Shown: in pieces, positions 1 to 9,778 of the stretch
Layout: every line of letters starts with the position of its first letter
Numbering within the stretch: the stretch's first letter is position 1
From: an uncultured Gammaproteobacteria bacterium
Lineage (GTDB): Bacteria; Patescibacteriota; Patescibacteriia; Magasanikbacterales; UBA922
DNA: 64,000 nucleotides
Direction of reading: 5' to 3'
NCBI GenBank assembly: GCA_964447765.1
Contig: CAYUTO010000004.1
Span: 22,561-86,560 of the forward strand
Position numbers and translations under genes: made by a program
The notes under the pieces: generated by a model
Told to the model about the DNA's origin: nothing
The model's database searches: none
The model's input: the letters and a program-made list of their open reading frames with translations, nothing else

Positions 1-114
1 GGACAAAAACACAATCATCCCGACTACCAAGAGAATAACAAATTGCCGAGTAGTGATCGGCCCCAAAATTTTATCCTCTACTTCAATGAATTGTGGGACT
101 ATAAACTGTTGCAC
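1..114 (-). CDS. PrgI-family (VirB3-like) membrane protein, N-terminal part only, runs off window
   Basis: Own translation from GTG at 114: MQQFIVPQFIEVEDKILGPITTRQF followed by a hydrophobic stretch, the typical CPR PrgI N-terminus. Confidence 0.75.
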   Translation of the reverse strand, partial: MQQFIVPQFIEVEDKILGPITTRQFVILLVVGMIVFLS

Positions 115-122
115 ATTCCAAT

Positions 123-203
123 GGTAAAAGGTAAAAGGTAAAAGTAAAAAGAAAATACTCGCATTCACAAATCTTTTGCCTTTTTACTTTTTCGTTTTGC
201 CTT
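123..203. repeat. 7-bp-period tandem inverted repeat (GGTAAAA)n...(CTTTTRC)n
   Basis: Degenerate heptamer arms in inverted orientation; related to 8441-8530. Confidence 0.75.
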
Positions 204-206
204 ATA

Positions 207-1475
207 TTAGTCCATCTGTCCTAATTTCTTATTTACTTCTGCAATCGCAAGATATTCTTCATACGTCAATTCACCACTCTGCAACACTGCAGTAATCGTT
301 AGATTTTTTTCTACTGCTTCAGTTGTTTTTTCAATATATAATTGAAACAATGGACTGGTTCTCCAGCTATCACGTACTTGTAAGTATAGCAAGTATGACT
401 CGTCTTTCCAACCACTAAACTTTGCAACCACCATCTCACCTGCAGTTTTTGGAACTCGTGAGAGTCTACGAAAATCCAGAATACTGAGAGATGCAGATTC
501 TTCAATAGGACCCATCACTGCAGTAACATCTCTGGTAGGTGCAATTTCACGAATAAGTGTCGTAGAATTTGGAATGTGATTGAGTTGTGGTTTTTTCTGT
601 GAGGGAGTAGAAAGTGAAGAACTGAGTGGCGCAGCACTAGGCACCGACGCAGGTCGATGTTGTGGTCGTGGTGCACCGAGTGTAGTAGAATGTGAAATCT
701 CTTCAAATAATTTCATTGCATCCACTTTGGTAAGTCCCAATCCTCCTTCTGACGCGGGTCTCTCTGCATACTGAATAAATTGATACTGATCTCTAATCCC
801 CTTTTTCCATGACAAAATCAACGCATCGGTGCGCGCTTTCAAATCTTTTGGAATTATGACTGAACTAGAGAATGATACCGAAGCAGCCGGAGTATGACTT
901 ACCATCTGTCCTTTTTTTTCACCTATTGCCCGAATCTCAGAATCATCTTCGTCGAGAAGCGACTGGTGATCAGAAGCTTTTCCTCGTGCAGTATCAGCTA
1001 ATTTTGGAGTAATCGGATGCTCAAACACCTTGATTACCGGCGTCGTATTCGTTATATGCGTCTCAGTTTGAACCACAGGAGTGGTTGGTACTACTTTGGG
1101 AGCTACCGATGGTTTTACCATTTCCACCTCTTCTACTAGCGGAATTACACGGCGAGGAGGCTGTGATACTACAGGCTTAGGTGCCTGTGCCATCGGACGC
1201 GCAACTTCCTCTTCTTCAACCAGAGGAATCACTCTGCGCGCAGACTGTTTTAGATCAGATTCAATATTTATCGATTTTTGATTAGTATTTCGAGTCTCTA
1301 ACACCTGAGCAGGTGTTACTTCTTGCTTTTGAGATTCCCTTTGTTCGTTGTTCTTTGTTCGTTGTTCATTGTTCGCCTGTTTTCTTTTTCGAAATTCCTG
1401 AAGAGTAATACGCTCAGTCGTACCATCAGCTTTTTTCACGAGAATCGTAGGTTGTGGTTTCTGTGTATCTGCCAT
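207..1475 (-). CDS. Hypothetical protein; Pro-rich low-complexity N-half, conserved-looking CPR C-terminal domain
   Basis: 422-aa ORF in operon between VirB6-like gene and prgI; C-terminal DFRRL...WRTSPLFQLY segment. Confidence 0.75.
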   Translation of the reverse strand: MADTQKPQPTILVKKADGTTERITLQEFRKRKQANNEQRTKNNEQRESQKQEVTPAQVLETRNTNQKSINIESDLKQSARRVIPLVEEEEVARPMAQAPKPVVSQPPRRVIPLVEEVEMVKPSVAPKVVPTTPVVQTETHITNTTPVIKVFEHPITPKLADTARGKASDHQSLLDEDDSEIRAIGEKKGQMVSHTPAASVSFSSSVIIPKDLKARTDALILSWKKGIRDQYQFIQYAERPASEGGLGLTKVDAMKLFEEISHSTTLGAPRPQHRPASVPSAAPLSSSLSTPSQKKPQLNHIPNSTTLIREIAPTRDVTAVMGPIEESASLSILDFRRLSRVPKTAGEMVVAKFSGWKDESYLLYLQVRDSWRTSPLFQLYIEKTTEAVEKNLTITAVLQSGELTYEEYLAIAEVNKKLGQMD

Positions 1476-1483
1476 AGTACAAA

Positions 1484-2458
1484 CTATTCTTCATTAAGTA
1501 ATTCATCATTCCACACAAATTTTTCCAAATTTTCATCGTAATAATAGAGGTCAAGAATACGAGAATCGTTGTACTCCTCTGAATAATTCTGGAGAATGTC
1601 AAAAACTTCTGCTTCATCTACCATTTTCCCACTCGAAAGATCATCTTGTATTTTATTTTTAATCTCAACAAAATAATTGGTACTAATTTCTGGTTCCGAT
1701 TCCTGTTCTTGTTCTACCTCTCTATCAATTTCCGCATTTTGAATAGTATCACTCGATTGAGATTCTGAAGCTGCTATCGCCATTTTATCAGCATTCAAAG
1801 CCTCTTCAACCAGTCCATAAATATACTCTGGCTTAACACCAATAAGAAAATGAACAAATGAGAAAAATGTGGCAACCGATTCTCGTTTATCAATATCCAA
1901 ACGATCGATATATGCAGGATCAGGTAGTTCTGAAAAAAATATAGTTTCCAATTTTGCCTTGAATTCAGCGACCTCAAGCGAAGGATTATTCATTTGATTG
2001 AGACGTACAATTTCTTGCACAATACTCCGTACTGTCTGAGGTTGATTTTTATATGACCCTACTACCACCTCTGATTCAAATACTGCTTTTCGTATACGAC
2101 CATATTCGGTAATAGCATCAGTCTTATCAGGAAAGCGAAGCCCAAGATACCACAGAGTCTCATCAATCGGTTCAAATTTGAGAATACAAGCCATTACGAG
2201 TTGTTTAGCAAACACATGATTTACCACATCATCAGCATACAACACCCGCACCCGATCACACGCTAATTCAGTAAAAAACCGATACTCCCTCCACCAATAG
2301 CGGTGTATAGTTTCATTCGTTGCATCCTTAAAATTCGCATACAACAATCTCCATAACCCATCTTTGCCAGCAGGATCAAGCATAATCTCCCGAAGTCGCT
2401 CTTCAGTGGTTTTAAAATCATCTTCTTGGAAGATTGTATTTTTCTGAATGGATCGCAT
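1484..2458 (-). CDS. Hypothetical protein
   Basis: 324-aa ORF tightly coupled to neighbours (3- and 8-nt gaps). Confidence 0.75.
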   Translation of the reverse strand: MRSIQKNTIFQEDDFKTTEERLREIMLDPAGKDGLWRLLYANFKDATNETIHRYWWREYRFFTELACDRVRVLYADDVVNHVFAKQLVMACILKFEPIDETLWYLGLRFPDKTDAITEYGRIRKAVFESEVVVGSYKNQPQTVRSIVQEIVRLNQMNNPSLEVAEFKAKLETIFFSELPDPAYIDRLDIDKRESVATFFSFVHFLIGVKPEYIYGLVEEALNADKMAIAASESQSSDTIQNAEIDREVEQEQESEPEISTNYFVEIKNKIQDDLSSGKMVDEAEVFDILQNYSEEYNDSRILDLYYYDENLEKFVWNDELLNEE

Positions 2459-2461
2459 ATT

Positions 2462-5400
2462 CTAAGGAATATTCAAAGCTTGAAGTTGCTGATTTAAAAC
2501 TGGGTCATTAGATTGGCGCACCACATCCCTTACATTTGTAACAAAATCCCTCATAGCAATAGAAATTGAATTAAAACCATCTGTTTTCATCGTATTTTGC
2601 ATCTGCTCAAGCGCAGCAAGATACGACCTAATATTATTTGAAGTAACAGAGGCACTATTCCAAGAAGCATGTACAGATTTCATTTTGTCATTTGACATTG
2701 CCCGACCATCCATATTGCGATAAAATTCAGCAATAGAGGGTAATTCATGATCGGAAAAACCATTCATCACCATCTTTCCTGTAGCGTCACGCCTAAGATC
2801 AGCATAACCAGAAATACTATCTGCACTAGAACGAGACGCGAACCAAGCAGTAAGTGTAGGATCGTTATTAGCAACAGAACGCCACTTATACTTCATCTTA
2901 CCAGTAGCCACATCTTCATCAGCATCAATAAGTCCGAGACCACTCGAATCACCCTTCATTGCAGCACTCTTAAGAGCACCTGAAAGGTCTTTAAGAGCCG
3001 ACTGGCGCTGATTATCATCAGTATACATATCATTAAATCGTTGTATTAATACCTTAACAAGCTCCTCTTCACGCTGATCATTGTTCAAAGCTGGAAATTG
3101 TTGTGCCACTTGCTGTCTCAAATCATTAACAACTGCATTATCTAAACCAGTGTGCATCTGTAATCTAACTAATAAACGATTTTTAGCATTGAACTCCTGG
3201 ACACCAAGCTCGTCCATTGCACTAACCTTGGTATCACGCACTGTATCTCCATCTGCTTTTGCAACAAGAGTAGAAAATGCATTTTTCTGTTGTCTTAATT
3301 TAGTTAATTTTTCTGTCTCAGATTGGGAGACAGAACCCCCCGCTCGAATCACTTGTGCCTGTCTAGCTTCCTCATTACTTATTTGTCTAATGAGATATTT
3401 CTCCAATACTTTTTTATCATCATATTGCACATCACCAAACGATTCAGTCAATTTTTTTTCTTTTTCCGCAGCAGCTTTTCTGAGAATTGCCTCAGCTCGA
3501 GGATGATCACCTTGACTTTCATAAACCTGAGCACGTTGCTGTGCTGTCGCGTCGATCTGATCAAGTTCTAGCATTCCTTTAACACTTTCTAATTCTGCCT
3601 TCGCTTTTAATGAGGCTGTGAGTCCCCCAGATGCTAATAATTTCGCAATTTCTCCTAAAAGCAAAATTTCTTTCTCTGAATTTCTCGTATCCTCGATATC
3701 CTTCATCCGAGCCTTACTTTCAGCAATAATACCCTCTCTCTGTCCAAAAGCATAGGATGTTCTCGCTAATCGAGCCTCTGTTTCAGCAGCCCCTTGATCC
3801 AACTGAGCCTTATTTGAACCTTTCACATTTTCCAATTTCTTTTCTGCTGTGGTAGCAAGTTCATTGTACTTCTGGTACTCATCTCTCTCTGCAATGTCTT
3901 TTGTTAAATCTTCATCCCCCACAGCAGCAGCACGTTCTGCAGCAGTAATTGGTCTAAGCAATTCTTCAATTCTTTTCTCTTCATGATAATGATGATCACC
4001 TGCAACTTTTTGCTCAATTTGTTCCGTAATTGGCTTAAGTGTTGCCAATCTTTCTCGTATCTTATGAAATTCATCACTACCTTTATCACGATGCTCCTCC
4101 AAATCATCAGTCTTTTTTGCGATAGCCTGTTTCTCCTCAGTTTTTACAAGTTCCTCAAGATCATGACTTTTTGCTTTGGCACCAGCCAAAACCTTTCTAG
4201 ATTCTGTAAAAGACTTGTCACCTTTCTCCTGCAACCTAAGCCACTCTTCAGCCATTTTTTGTGGCCCCTTCGCAGATTTTGCTTTTTCTGCCTCATCAGC
4301 TTTTACACGTGCTGTTAATTTAATTTCACCACCCTTTGATCGACTTGTTGAAATCTTTGCCTCATGTTCTCGATCAGCCGCTGCTGCAATCTCCGACCAA
4401 TTTTCAGCTCGAGCATCCTTTCGTTTGTCAGACTCAAATATACTGCCATAAAGAGTTTTAGCTGCCCACCACCCAACTTTTCCTGCAACACCCTTTGCCT
4501 CTTCTTGTTTTTTCTCCATATCCTGTATCCTCTCATCACGACGCTGACCACTCTTTGTCTTGAGTGTTTTATACATACCAGCAATTTTTTCACCTTTTCT
4601 CGCCAACGACTTACCACCAATAATAGGGAAATCTGATTTCACTTTATCTACTGCACCACCTACGAGCCATCTACCTGCAGCATATCCCGTCGCGATAGTC
4701 GCTACATTCTTGGTAAAATCAATTGCACCACCCACGAGCCCCGCTCCTGTGGCCCCAGTCTCCTCAGTCTTCTTGATACCTACCCACAAAAAACCAATTC
4801 CAAGAAGGAAACTAGCAAAATTCTCCCAGGTAGAGATTTCAAGTACGGTGACTGATTGTTTCTCACCAGAAGAATTCAATTGAATTACATTCGGACCACT
4901 CTGAATTTCAGAGATAATCTGCCCAGTACCTAGCGTTGCAAATGCCAACCACAAGAAAAAAACCATGATTGGAGCAACAATCACATGCTTACTAAACTCA
5001 CTCCACCATTCAGTAGCATACTTCTCTCCCTTGGGAATCGCGTACAACATGAAAGCAAGAGGTGAGAGAACGATCAATGCCCACAAAACCACGATACGGA
5101 AAATCATGACGACCATGTACGCACCAATGGTGAGCGCTGCCAGAAGAGCAAATATAAAGGCAAGCACAGCTCCAGCAAAGAGTGTGAGACTAGCTACCTC
5201 CCGAGTAGCACCGAGCTCACTCGGAGAATTCTGAGCAAGCTCAAGAATCTTATCCATCTGAAACAAGGTAATCAGATTACCGCCCGCAGTTGCAGAAACT
5301 GCATTGAGGAAGGTAATCGTAAAGATATGAGCAACATCAATCACGAGCTGAGCTATCAAATTACTAAAATTAATCAAAATTGCCATGAGGACAATCTTTA

Positions 5401-5827
5401 CCAATCCATGTTTCCATTCATAACTCTCAAAACCTAAGATGGTCGCAAATGCAATAACAAGTAGACCAACGATAAAGAACATATTCGCAACATCCCGAAC
5501 CATTACCCACCCGAGCTTCACTACACTCACATCAATAAAATTGTTATAACTCGCAAGTGTAATAAATGCACGCAAGAAAAATATCGTCAAAAATATACAA
5601 AGCTTGGATAGTTCAATAAGAATGGTTGCAATCATATCTACCAGACCATTCAATACAGTCTCAACAACAACTGCTTGACTACTTACAAACCCCACACTCA
5701 ATACAGCAACCAATAACACACCAACGCCAAAAACCGGCCACCAAGTCCGTTTTTTGAGCGTATTCGGAAACAGTTTTGTATACGCTTGGCCGACACGAGC
5801 AGATACCCGTGCAAAAAAGCGCGTCAT
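2462..5827 (-). CDS. Large TrbL/VirB6-like polytopic membrane protein with long coiled-coil C-terminus
   Basis: Multiple TM helices with GW..VRDVANMFFI, LINFS and RIVVLW..IVLSPLAF motifs, then a charged helical tail. Confidence 0.65.
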   Translation of the reverse strand: MTRFFARVSARVGQAYTKLFPNTLKKRTWWPVFGVGVLLVAVLSVGFVSSQAVVVETVLNGLVDMIATILIELSKLCIFLTIFFLRAFITLASYNNFIDVSVVKLGWVMVRDVANMFFIVGLLVIAFATILGFESYEWKHGLVKIVLMAILINFSNLIAQLVIDVAHIFTITFLNAVSATAGGNLITLFQMDKILELAQNSPSELGATREVASLTLFAGAVLAFIFALLAALTIGAYMVVMIFRIVVLWALIVLSPLAFMLYAIPKGEKYATEWWSEFSKHVIVAPIMVFFLWLAFATLGTGQIISEIQSGPNVIQLNSSGEKQSVTVLEISTWENFASFLLGIGFLWVGIKKTEETGATGAGLVGGAIDFTKNVATIATGYAAGRWLVGGAVDKVKSDFPIIGGKSLARKGEKIAGMYKTLKTKSGQRRDERIQDMEKKQEEAKGVAGKVGWWAAKTLYGSIFESDKRKDARAENWSEIAAAADREHEAKISTSRSKGGEIKLTARVKADEAEKAKSAKGPQKMAEEWLRLQEKGDKSFTESRKVLAGAKAKSHDLEELVKTEEKQAIAKKTDDLEEHRDKGSDEFHKIRERLATLKPITEQIEQKVAGDHHYHEEKRIEELLRPITAAERAAAVGDEDLTKDIAERDEYQKYNELATTAEKKLENVKGSNKAQLDQGAAETEARLARTSYAFGQREGIIAESKARMKDIEDTRNSEKEILLLGEIAKLLASGGLTASLKAKAELESVKGMLELDQIDATAQQRAQVYESQGDHPRAEAILRKAAAEKEKKLTESFGDVQYDDKKVLEKYLIRQISNEEARQAQVIRAGGSVSQSETEKLTKLRQQKNAFSTLVAKADGDTVRDTKVSAMDELGVQEFNAKNRLLVRLQMHTGLDNAVVNDLRQQVAQQFPALNNDQREEELVKVLIQRFNDMYTDDNQRQSALKDLSGALKSAAMKGDSSGLGLIDADEDVATGKMKYKWRSVANNDPTLTAWFASRSSADSISGYADLRRDATGKMVMNGFSDHELPSIAEFYRNMDGRAMSNDKMKSVHASWNSASVTSNNIRSYLAALEQMQNTMKTDGFNSISIAMRDFVTNVRDVVRQSNDPVLNQQLQALNIP

Positions 5828-5928
5828 GTAGTAAATATTAGAAATACTAAGCGATAGCTAGTATACCATAAATAAAAACCACACGCTATAAAAACGTGTG
5901 TATGATATATAATTCACTTTTTAAAAGC

Positions 5929-7038
5929 CTATTCAACGACTTTTTTTGTTATTTTAGCAACAAAAAATCCTTCGATCTGGCTATTTGGTAAAATTCTCAA
6001 TACATTTTTTCTAATTGATTCACTAATCACGATATTCTTGAAAGAAGTTGCAATTGGTGCCACTTGAAGCTGAGGTAATACAATAGGTAAAAGCTCTGCC
6101 TCAGGAATCCGCTCAATAAATTTTTGTAACTGGACTTCATTTTCCTCAGGAGCAAAGGTACATGTAGAATACACTAGTACACCGCCCGGTTTCAGCATGT
6201 GCCATGCAGCTCGAAGCAAAATTCGTTGCGTATACGCCATTTCTTTAATTTTTCGTTCACTCCAGTACCCAAAACTCTTGGGATCTGTCGTATCAAACCG
6301 AGCTTCAGCGCTACAAGGTGCATCAAGTAGAATTTTATCAAAATAATTCTCATACTCTCGTGAAAGCTGAGCCCCATGCTCCATCCTAAGTGTGAATTTC
6401 CACCCTCCTGTGTCATTTCGAGCGACCGAGTCTCCGAGGGAGTCGAGAAATCCCTTGTTTAACGTAGAATTGCGGTTATGCAAGGGATCCCTCGATTCGT
6501 CGTGTGCCTCCTCACTCGGGATGACACTGCACGTCACCCCCAAAAGCTCCATATTATGCTTCAGCTTGAAAAAACGGACTTTATTCTTATCATTAGCGAC
6601 CAATTCACCTTTTTTCTCCATCATGGCAGTAATCTGGCTAGTTTTACTCCCAGGAGCTGCAGTAAGATCAAGAACTCTCTCCCCAGGTTTCGGATCCAGC
6701 ACTACCGGCGGAACCATACTAGCAAGGCTCTGAATATACAATTTTCCTTCAGAATAAAGCGACAAATCAGTTAGCTCTCGTTTTGATTTGTTGAGCAATA
6801 CAAAAGCACCGGGGTACCATGCAATTTTTTGAACTTTAAAGCCATTTTGCGACAATATAGGTAAGACCTCCGCTGAATTTGATTTGAGACTATTAATTCG
6901 AAACGTGGTTGGTCTACCAACAAACGTTTTCTCGATTTCACGAAAACGAGAAACACCAAAAATAAGAGAAGCCCGTTCAATAAATTTCTCAGGAAGATCT
7001 TTTCTAAATCCGTTTTTTCCTTTTTTCTTTCTTTTCAT
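5929..7038 (-). CDS. rsmF: RsmB/RsmF (NOL1/NOP2/Sun) RNA m5C methyltransferase carrying an in-frame palindromic insertion
   Basis: DLTAAPGSKT, ILLDAPCS, YSTCT and EENE motifs; start taken at ATG 7038. Confidence 0.85.
   Translation of the reverse strand: MKRKKKGKNGFRKDLPEKFIERASLIFGVSRFREIEKTFVGRPTTFRINSLKSNSAEVLPILSQNGFKVQKIAWYPGAFVLLNKSKRELTDLSLYSEGKLYIQSLASMVPPVVLDPKPGERVLDLTAAPGSKTSQITAMMEKKGELVANDKNKVRFFKLKHNMELLGVTCSVIPSEEAHDESRDPLHNRNSTLNKGFLDSLGDSVARNDTGGWKFTLRMEHGAQLSREYENYFDKILLDAPCSAEARFDTTDPKSFGYWSERKIKEMAYTQRILLRAAWHMLKPGGVLVYSTCTFAPEENEVQLQKFIERIPEAELLPIVLPQLQVAPIATSFKNIVISESIRKNVLRILPNSQIEGFFVAKITKKVVE
6410..6527. repeat. Palindromic element (GTGTCAT...ATGACAC) inserted in the coding frame
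   Basis: Terminal inverted repeats, internal TCCCTTG/CAAGGGA stem; homolog at 48676-48791. Confidence 0.85.
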
Positions 7039-7043
7039 AATGC

Positions 7044-7135
7044 AATAGAACACGGATGACACGGAATTGTACAGAATGAAAACAGAATTAATTCGGTCTT
7101 TATTCCGTCAAATTCGTTCAATCCGCGTTCCATTA
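7044..7135. repeat. 9-10-bp-period inverted repeat element (GAACACGGAT...ATCCGCGTTC)
   Basis: Fills the asnS-rsmF gap; shares arms with 46565-46667. Confidence 0.75.
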
Positions 7136-7142
7136 TTAATAT

Positions 7143-8438
7143 TTACGGACGTACACGATTTACCAATCGAGGAAATGGAATACATTCACGGATATGCTCA
7201 ACCCCACTCATCCAGCGGACCATACGTTCAACTCCAATTCCAAATCCAGAATGCGGTACACTGCCATATTTTCGAAGATCGGTATACCATGCGTATTCAC
7301 TCTCAGGTAATTGTTCTTCACGTATTCGCTCAAGCAATAAATCAAAATTATCTTCACGCTGAGATCCTCCAATAATTTCACCAGACCCTTCAATTCCAAT
7401 CAAATCATTATTCAATACTCTGGTCGGGTCGGTTGGGTCAAGCTTCATGTAAAATGGCTTAATACTCTTTGGCCATTTGTGAATAAACACAGGAACCAGA
7501 CTATCTTTGGTAAGTAGTGCTTCGTCATCATTACCCAAATCTTCACCATGTTTGATATCACTCCCCCGTTCTTGTAGCCATGGAATCGATTCTTCGTAAG
7601 TAAGTTTTACAAACGGTAACTCTACCATTTTACGAATTGGTTCTGGATCTCTTTCAAGAATAGCAAACTCTTCCGTGCATTTCTCTAAACATGCGCGAGC
7701 AATAAATTTCACCAGACCTTCCTGAATATTCATATTTTCCTCATGTTCAACAAATGCAGCTTCAGCATCCATCATCCAAAATTCAGTGAGGTGGCGTTTG
7801 GTAACAGATTTTTCTGCACGAAACACCGGCCCAAAATCATAGCAGCGACCCACACTCGCAATCGCAGCTTCAATATAGAGCTGACCCGATTGTGACAAAT
7901 ACGCTTCACCCAAATCAAAATACGGAACCGGGAAAAGTGTAGTTGTTCCTTCACACGCATTGGGAGTAAAAATCGGTGAATCTGTTCGTATAAATTTTTC
8001 TTGATGTAGATACTCATTAATCGCCGTTTCTACTACATCTCGGATACGAAGTATTGCCCATTGTTTTTTGCTTCTAATCCACAAATGTCTATTTTCAAGA
8101 AGAAAATCAGGACCATGTTCTTTGTGGGCAATAGGATATTCCACTGCTTTATGAATGAGTGTAGCATTCTCAATTGCGAGCTCATACACACCTGGTTTTT
8201 TTGGGTGTTCTTTTACCATTCCAATAACATCAACTGACGACTCCTGAGTTGCATCAGTAAGTGCTTTCCATGATGTAGTATCAACATCTTTTTCTGAAGC
8301 CACACACTGAATAAATCCCGTACCATCACGTACTTCAACGAATGTTATCGAACCTGAAGAACGACTGTTATACACCCAACCTTTTATTTGAACAGATTGA
8401 CCGACATGTGCTTTGGCATCAGAAATGAAAATTTTCAT
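7143..8438 (-). CDS. asnS: Asparagine--tRNA ligase
   Basis: OB-fold N-terminus, YLSQSGQLY, FRAEKS..RHLTEFWM, GEIIGGSQRE, PHSGFGIGVER. Confidence 0.95.
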   Translation of the reverse strand: MKIFISDAKAHVGQSVQIKGWVYNSRSSGSITFVEVRDGTGFIQCVASEKDVDTTSWKALTDATQESSVDVIGMVKEHPKKPGVYELAIENATLIHKAVEYPIAHKEHGPDFLLENRHLWIRSKKQWAILRIRDVVETAINEYLHQEKFIRTDSPIFTPNACEGTTTLFPVPYFDLGEAYLSQSGQLYIEAAIASVGRCYDFGPVFRAEKSVTKRHLTEFWMMDAEAAFVEHEENMNIQEGLVKFIARACLEKCTEEFAILERDPEPIRKMVELPFVKLTYEESIPWLQERGSDIKHGEDLGNDDEALLTKDSLVPVFIHKWPKSIKPFYMKLDPTDPTRVLNNDLIGIEGSGEIIGGSQREDNFDLLLERIREEQLPESEYAWYTDLRKYGSVPHSGFGIGVERMVRWMSGVEHIRECIPFPRLVNRVRP

Positions 8439-8440
8439 AG

Positions 8441-8530
8441 ATAAAGTAAAAAGTAAAAACGAAAAAGTAAAAAGAAAAATGCTCAATCCACGTATTTTCT
8501 TTTTACTTTTGAGCTTTACCCTTTGACTTC
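8441..8530. repeat. 7-bp-period tandem inverted repeat
   Basis: Reverse-orientation relative of 123-203 (two shared 19-mers). Confidence 0.75.
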
Positions 8531-8557
8531 AGGACTATCCTACTTCATTTTAAGCCT

Positions 8558-9313
8558 CTACGCAAGCTTACCCGAGGTGACTTCTTCCTGAAGGCACGTA
8601 TGCGCCCAATTCCCTATTTTTGCCTCAGCCTGGTACTGGAGATGACCTACCAAAAGACTATGTACCCCAGGAGTAAACGGGGTGCCTTCTCCGAGCACGA
8701 GGGGACTCCCCGATGAAAGACGAGCCAAATCATGGATCGTTTGAGGGGTAACACGAAATAAAGTCTCACCCTCAATATTCTTCGCGGAACACGAAGAACA
8801 TACTACTCCCCCACCTGAAAAAGACCAAAAACCTAGATTATCAACACTTCCACACCTGATGCATACGGAATACGTAGGCTCAAATCCAATAGCGCCCATA
8901 AGTTTCAACATAAACCAATCAAGGAAACGGCAATCAAAAACATCAGTGGCACTATCAAACATCTGTAACCATTCGGAAAATAAATCAAAAACTCCATGTT
9001 CTAAATTTCCAGGTCGTGTGAGACGATAAAGCGCATGTGACGCAAATTCTGCCTGAAGACTTTTGACATAGTGAGTTCGTACATGAGGAAAAAATTCAAT
9101 TGCACTCACCGTAGTCAAAATCATCATTTCCTTCCCTTGTACGGAATCAAATGACACATGGGAAAAAGGTTCTAAATGAGGAGAAAGTTTACTCGTAATT
9201 TTTTTGACACTTTTTGCAAGTACATCGACCCGACCGAAATCTCTGGTAATAAAAGATATTACTTCATCATGTTCACGTAATGAAGTTCGGGTAAGCACGA
9301 TCCCCTCGGGCAT
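8558..9313 (-). CDS. recO: DNA repair protein RecO
   Basis: EGIVL..E.D..I.F.TRDFG..AKSVKK..SKL..LEPF N-terminus; CxxC...CxxC zinc finger. Confidence 0.9.
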   Translation of the reverse strand: MPEGIVLTRTSLREHDEVISFITRDFGRVDVLAKSVKKITSKLSPHLEPFSHVSFDSVQGKEMMILTTVSAIEFFPHVRTHYVKSLQAEFASHALYRLTRPGNLEHGVFDLFSEWLQMFDSATDVFDCRFLDWFMLKLMGAIGFEPTYSVCIRCGSVDNLGFWSFSGGGVVCSSCSAKNIEGETLFRVTPQTIHDLARLSSGSPLVLGEGTPFTPGVHSLLVGHLQYQAEAKIGNWAHTCLQEEVTSGKLA

Positions 9314-9323
9314 AGTAGAAAAA

Positions 9324-9384
9324 ATTGAAGATTGAAGATTAAAAATAGCTATAAATGAACAATCTTTAATCTTTTATCTTCAAT
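9324..9384. repeat. 7-bp-period tandem inverted repeat (ATTGAAG)n...(AATCTTY)n
   Basis: Seen directly in the ruvX-recO gap. Confidence 0.65.
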
Positions 9385-9403
9385 AGTAAGTATTCCTAAT
9401 ACA

Positions 9404-9778
9404 CTACATGTGTTGTTTTAGATAATCACTCAAAATAAGCATTGCCGCTTTTTCATCCAATGATGCATCCCCTTCCATAGACTGGGCTTCCCTGGTAGTA
9501 AAACTTTCATCAATCGTTTCAATAGGCACTGAAACGAGTAGCGCAAGTTCTCTAATAAACGAACGGACACGTTCTGAATTTTTCGTCTCTTCACCATCTG
9601 GACCATACGGAATTCCTACAAGAACGGTCCCAATTTTTTCTTCTAAAATCAATTTCGGCAATTCAGTTTTCCAATTTTTTGCTTCTACACGTCCATAGGG
9701 CAATACTACATCAACTCCCGACCCTACCCATGCAAGGCCGAGATTTTTGGTACCAAAATCAATCGCTAAAATATTCAT
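9404..9778 (-). CDS. ruvX: YqgF/RuvX family pre-16S rRNA nuclease
   Basis: ILAIDFGTKNLGLA, VGIP, DESFTT, DEKAAMLIL motifs. Confidence 0.9.
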   Translation of the reverse strand: MNILAIDFGTKNLGLAWVGSGVDVVLPYGRVEAKNWKTELPKLILEEKIGTVLVGIPYGPDGEETKNSERVRSFIRELALLVSVPIETIDESFTTREAQSMEGDASLDEKAAMLILSDYLKQHM

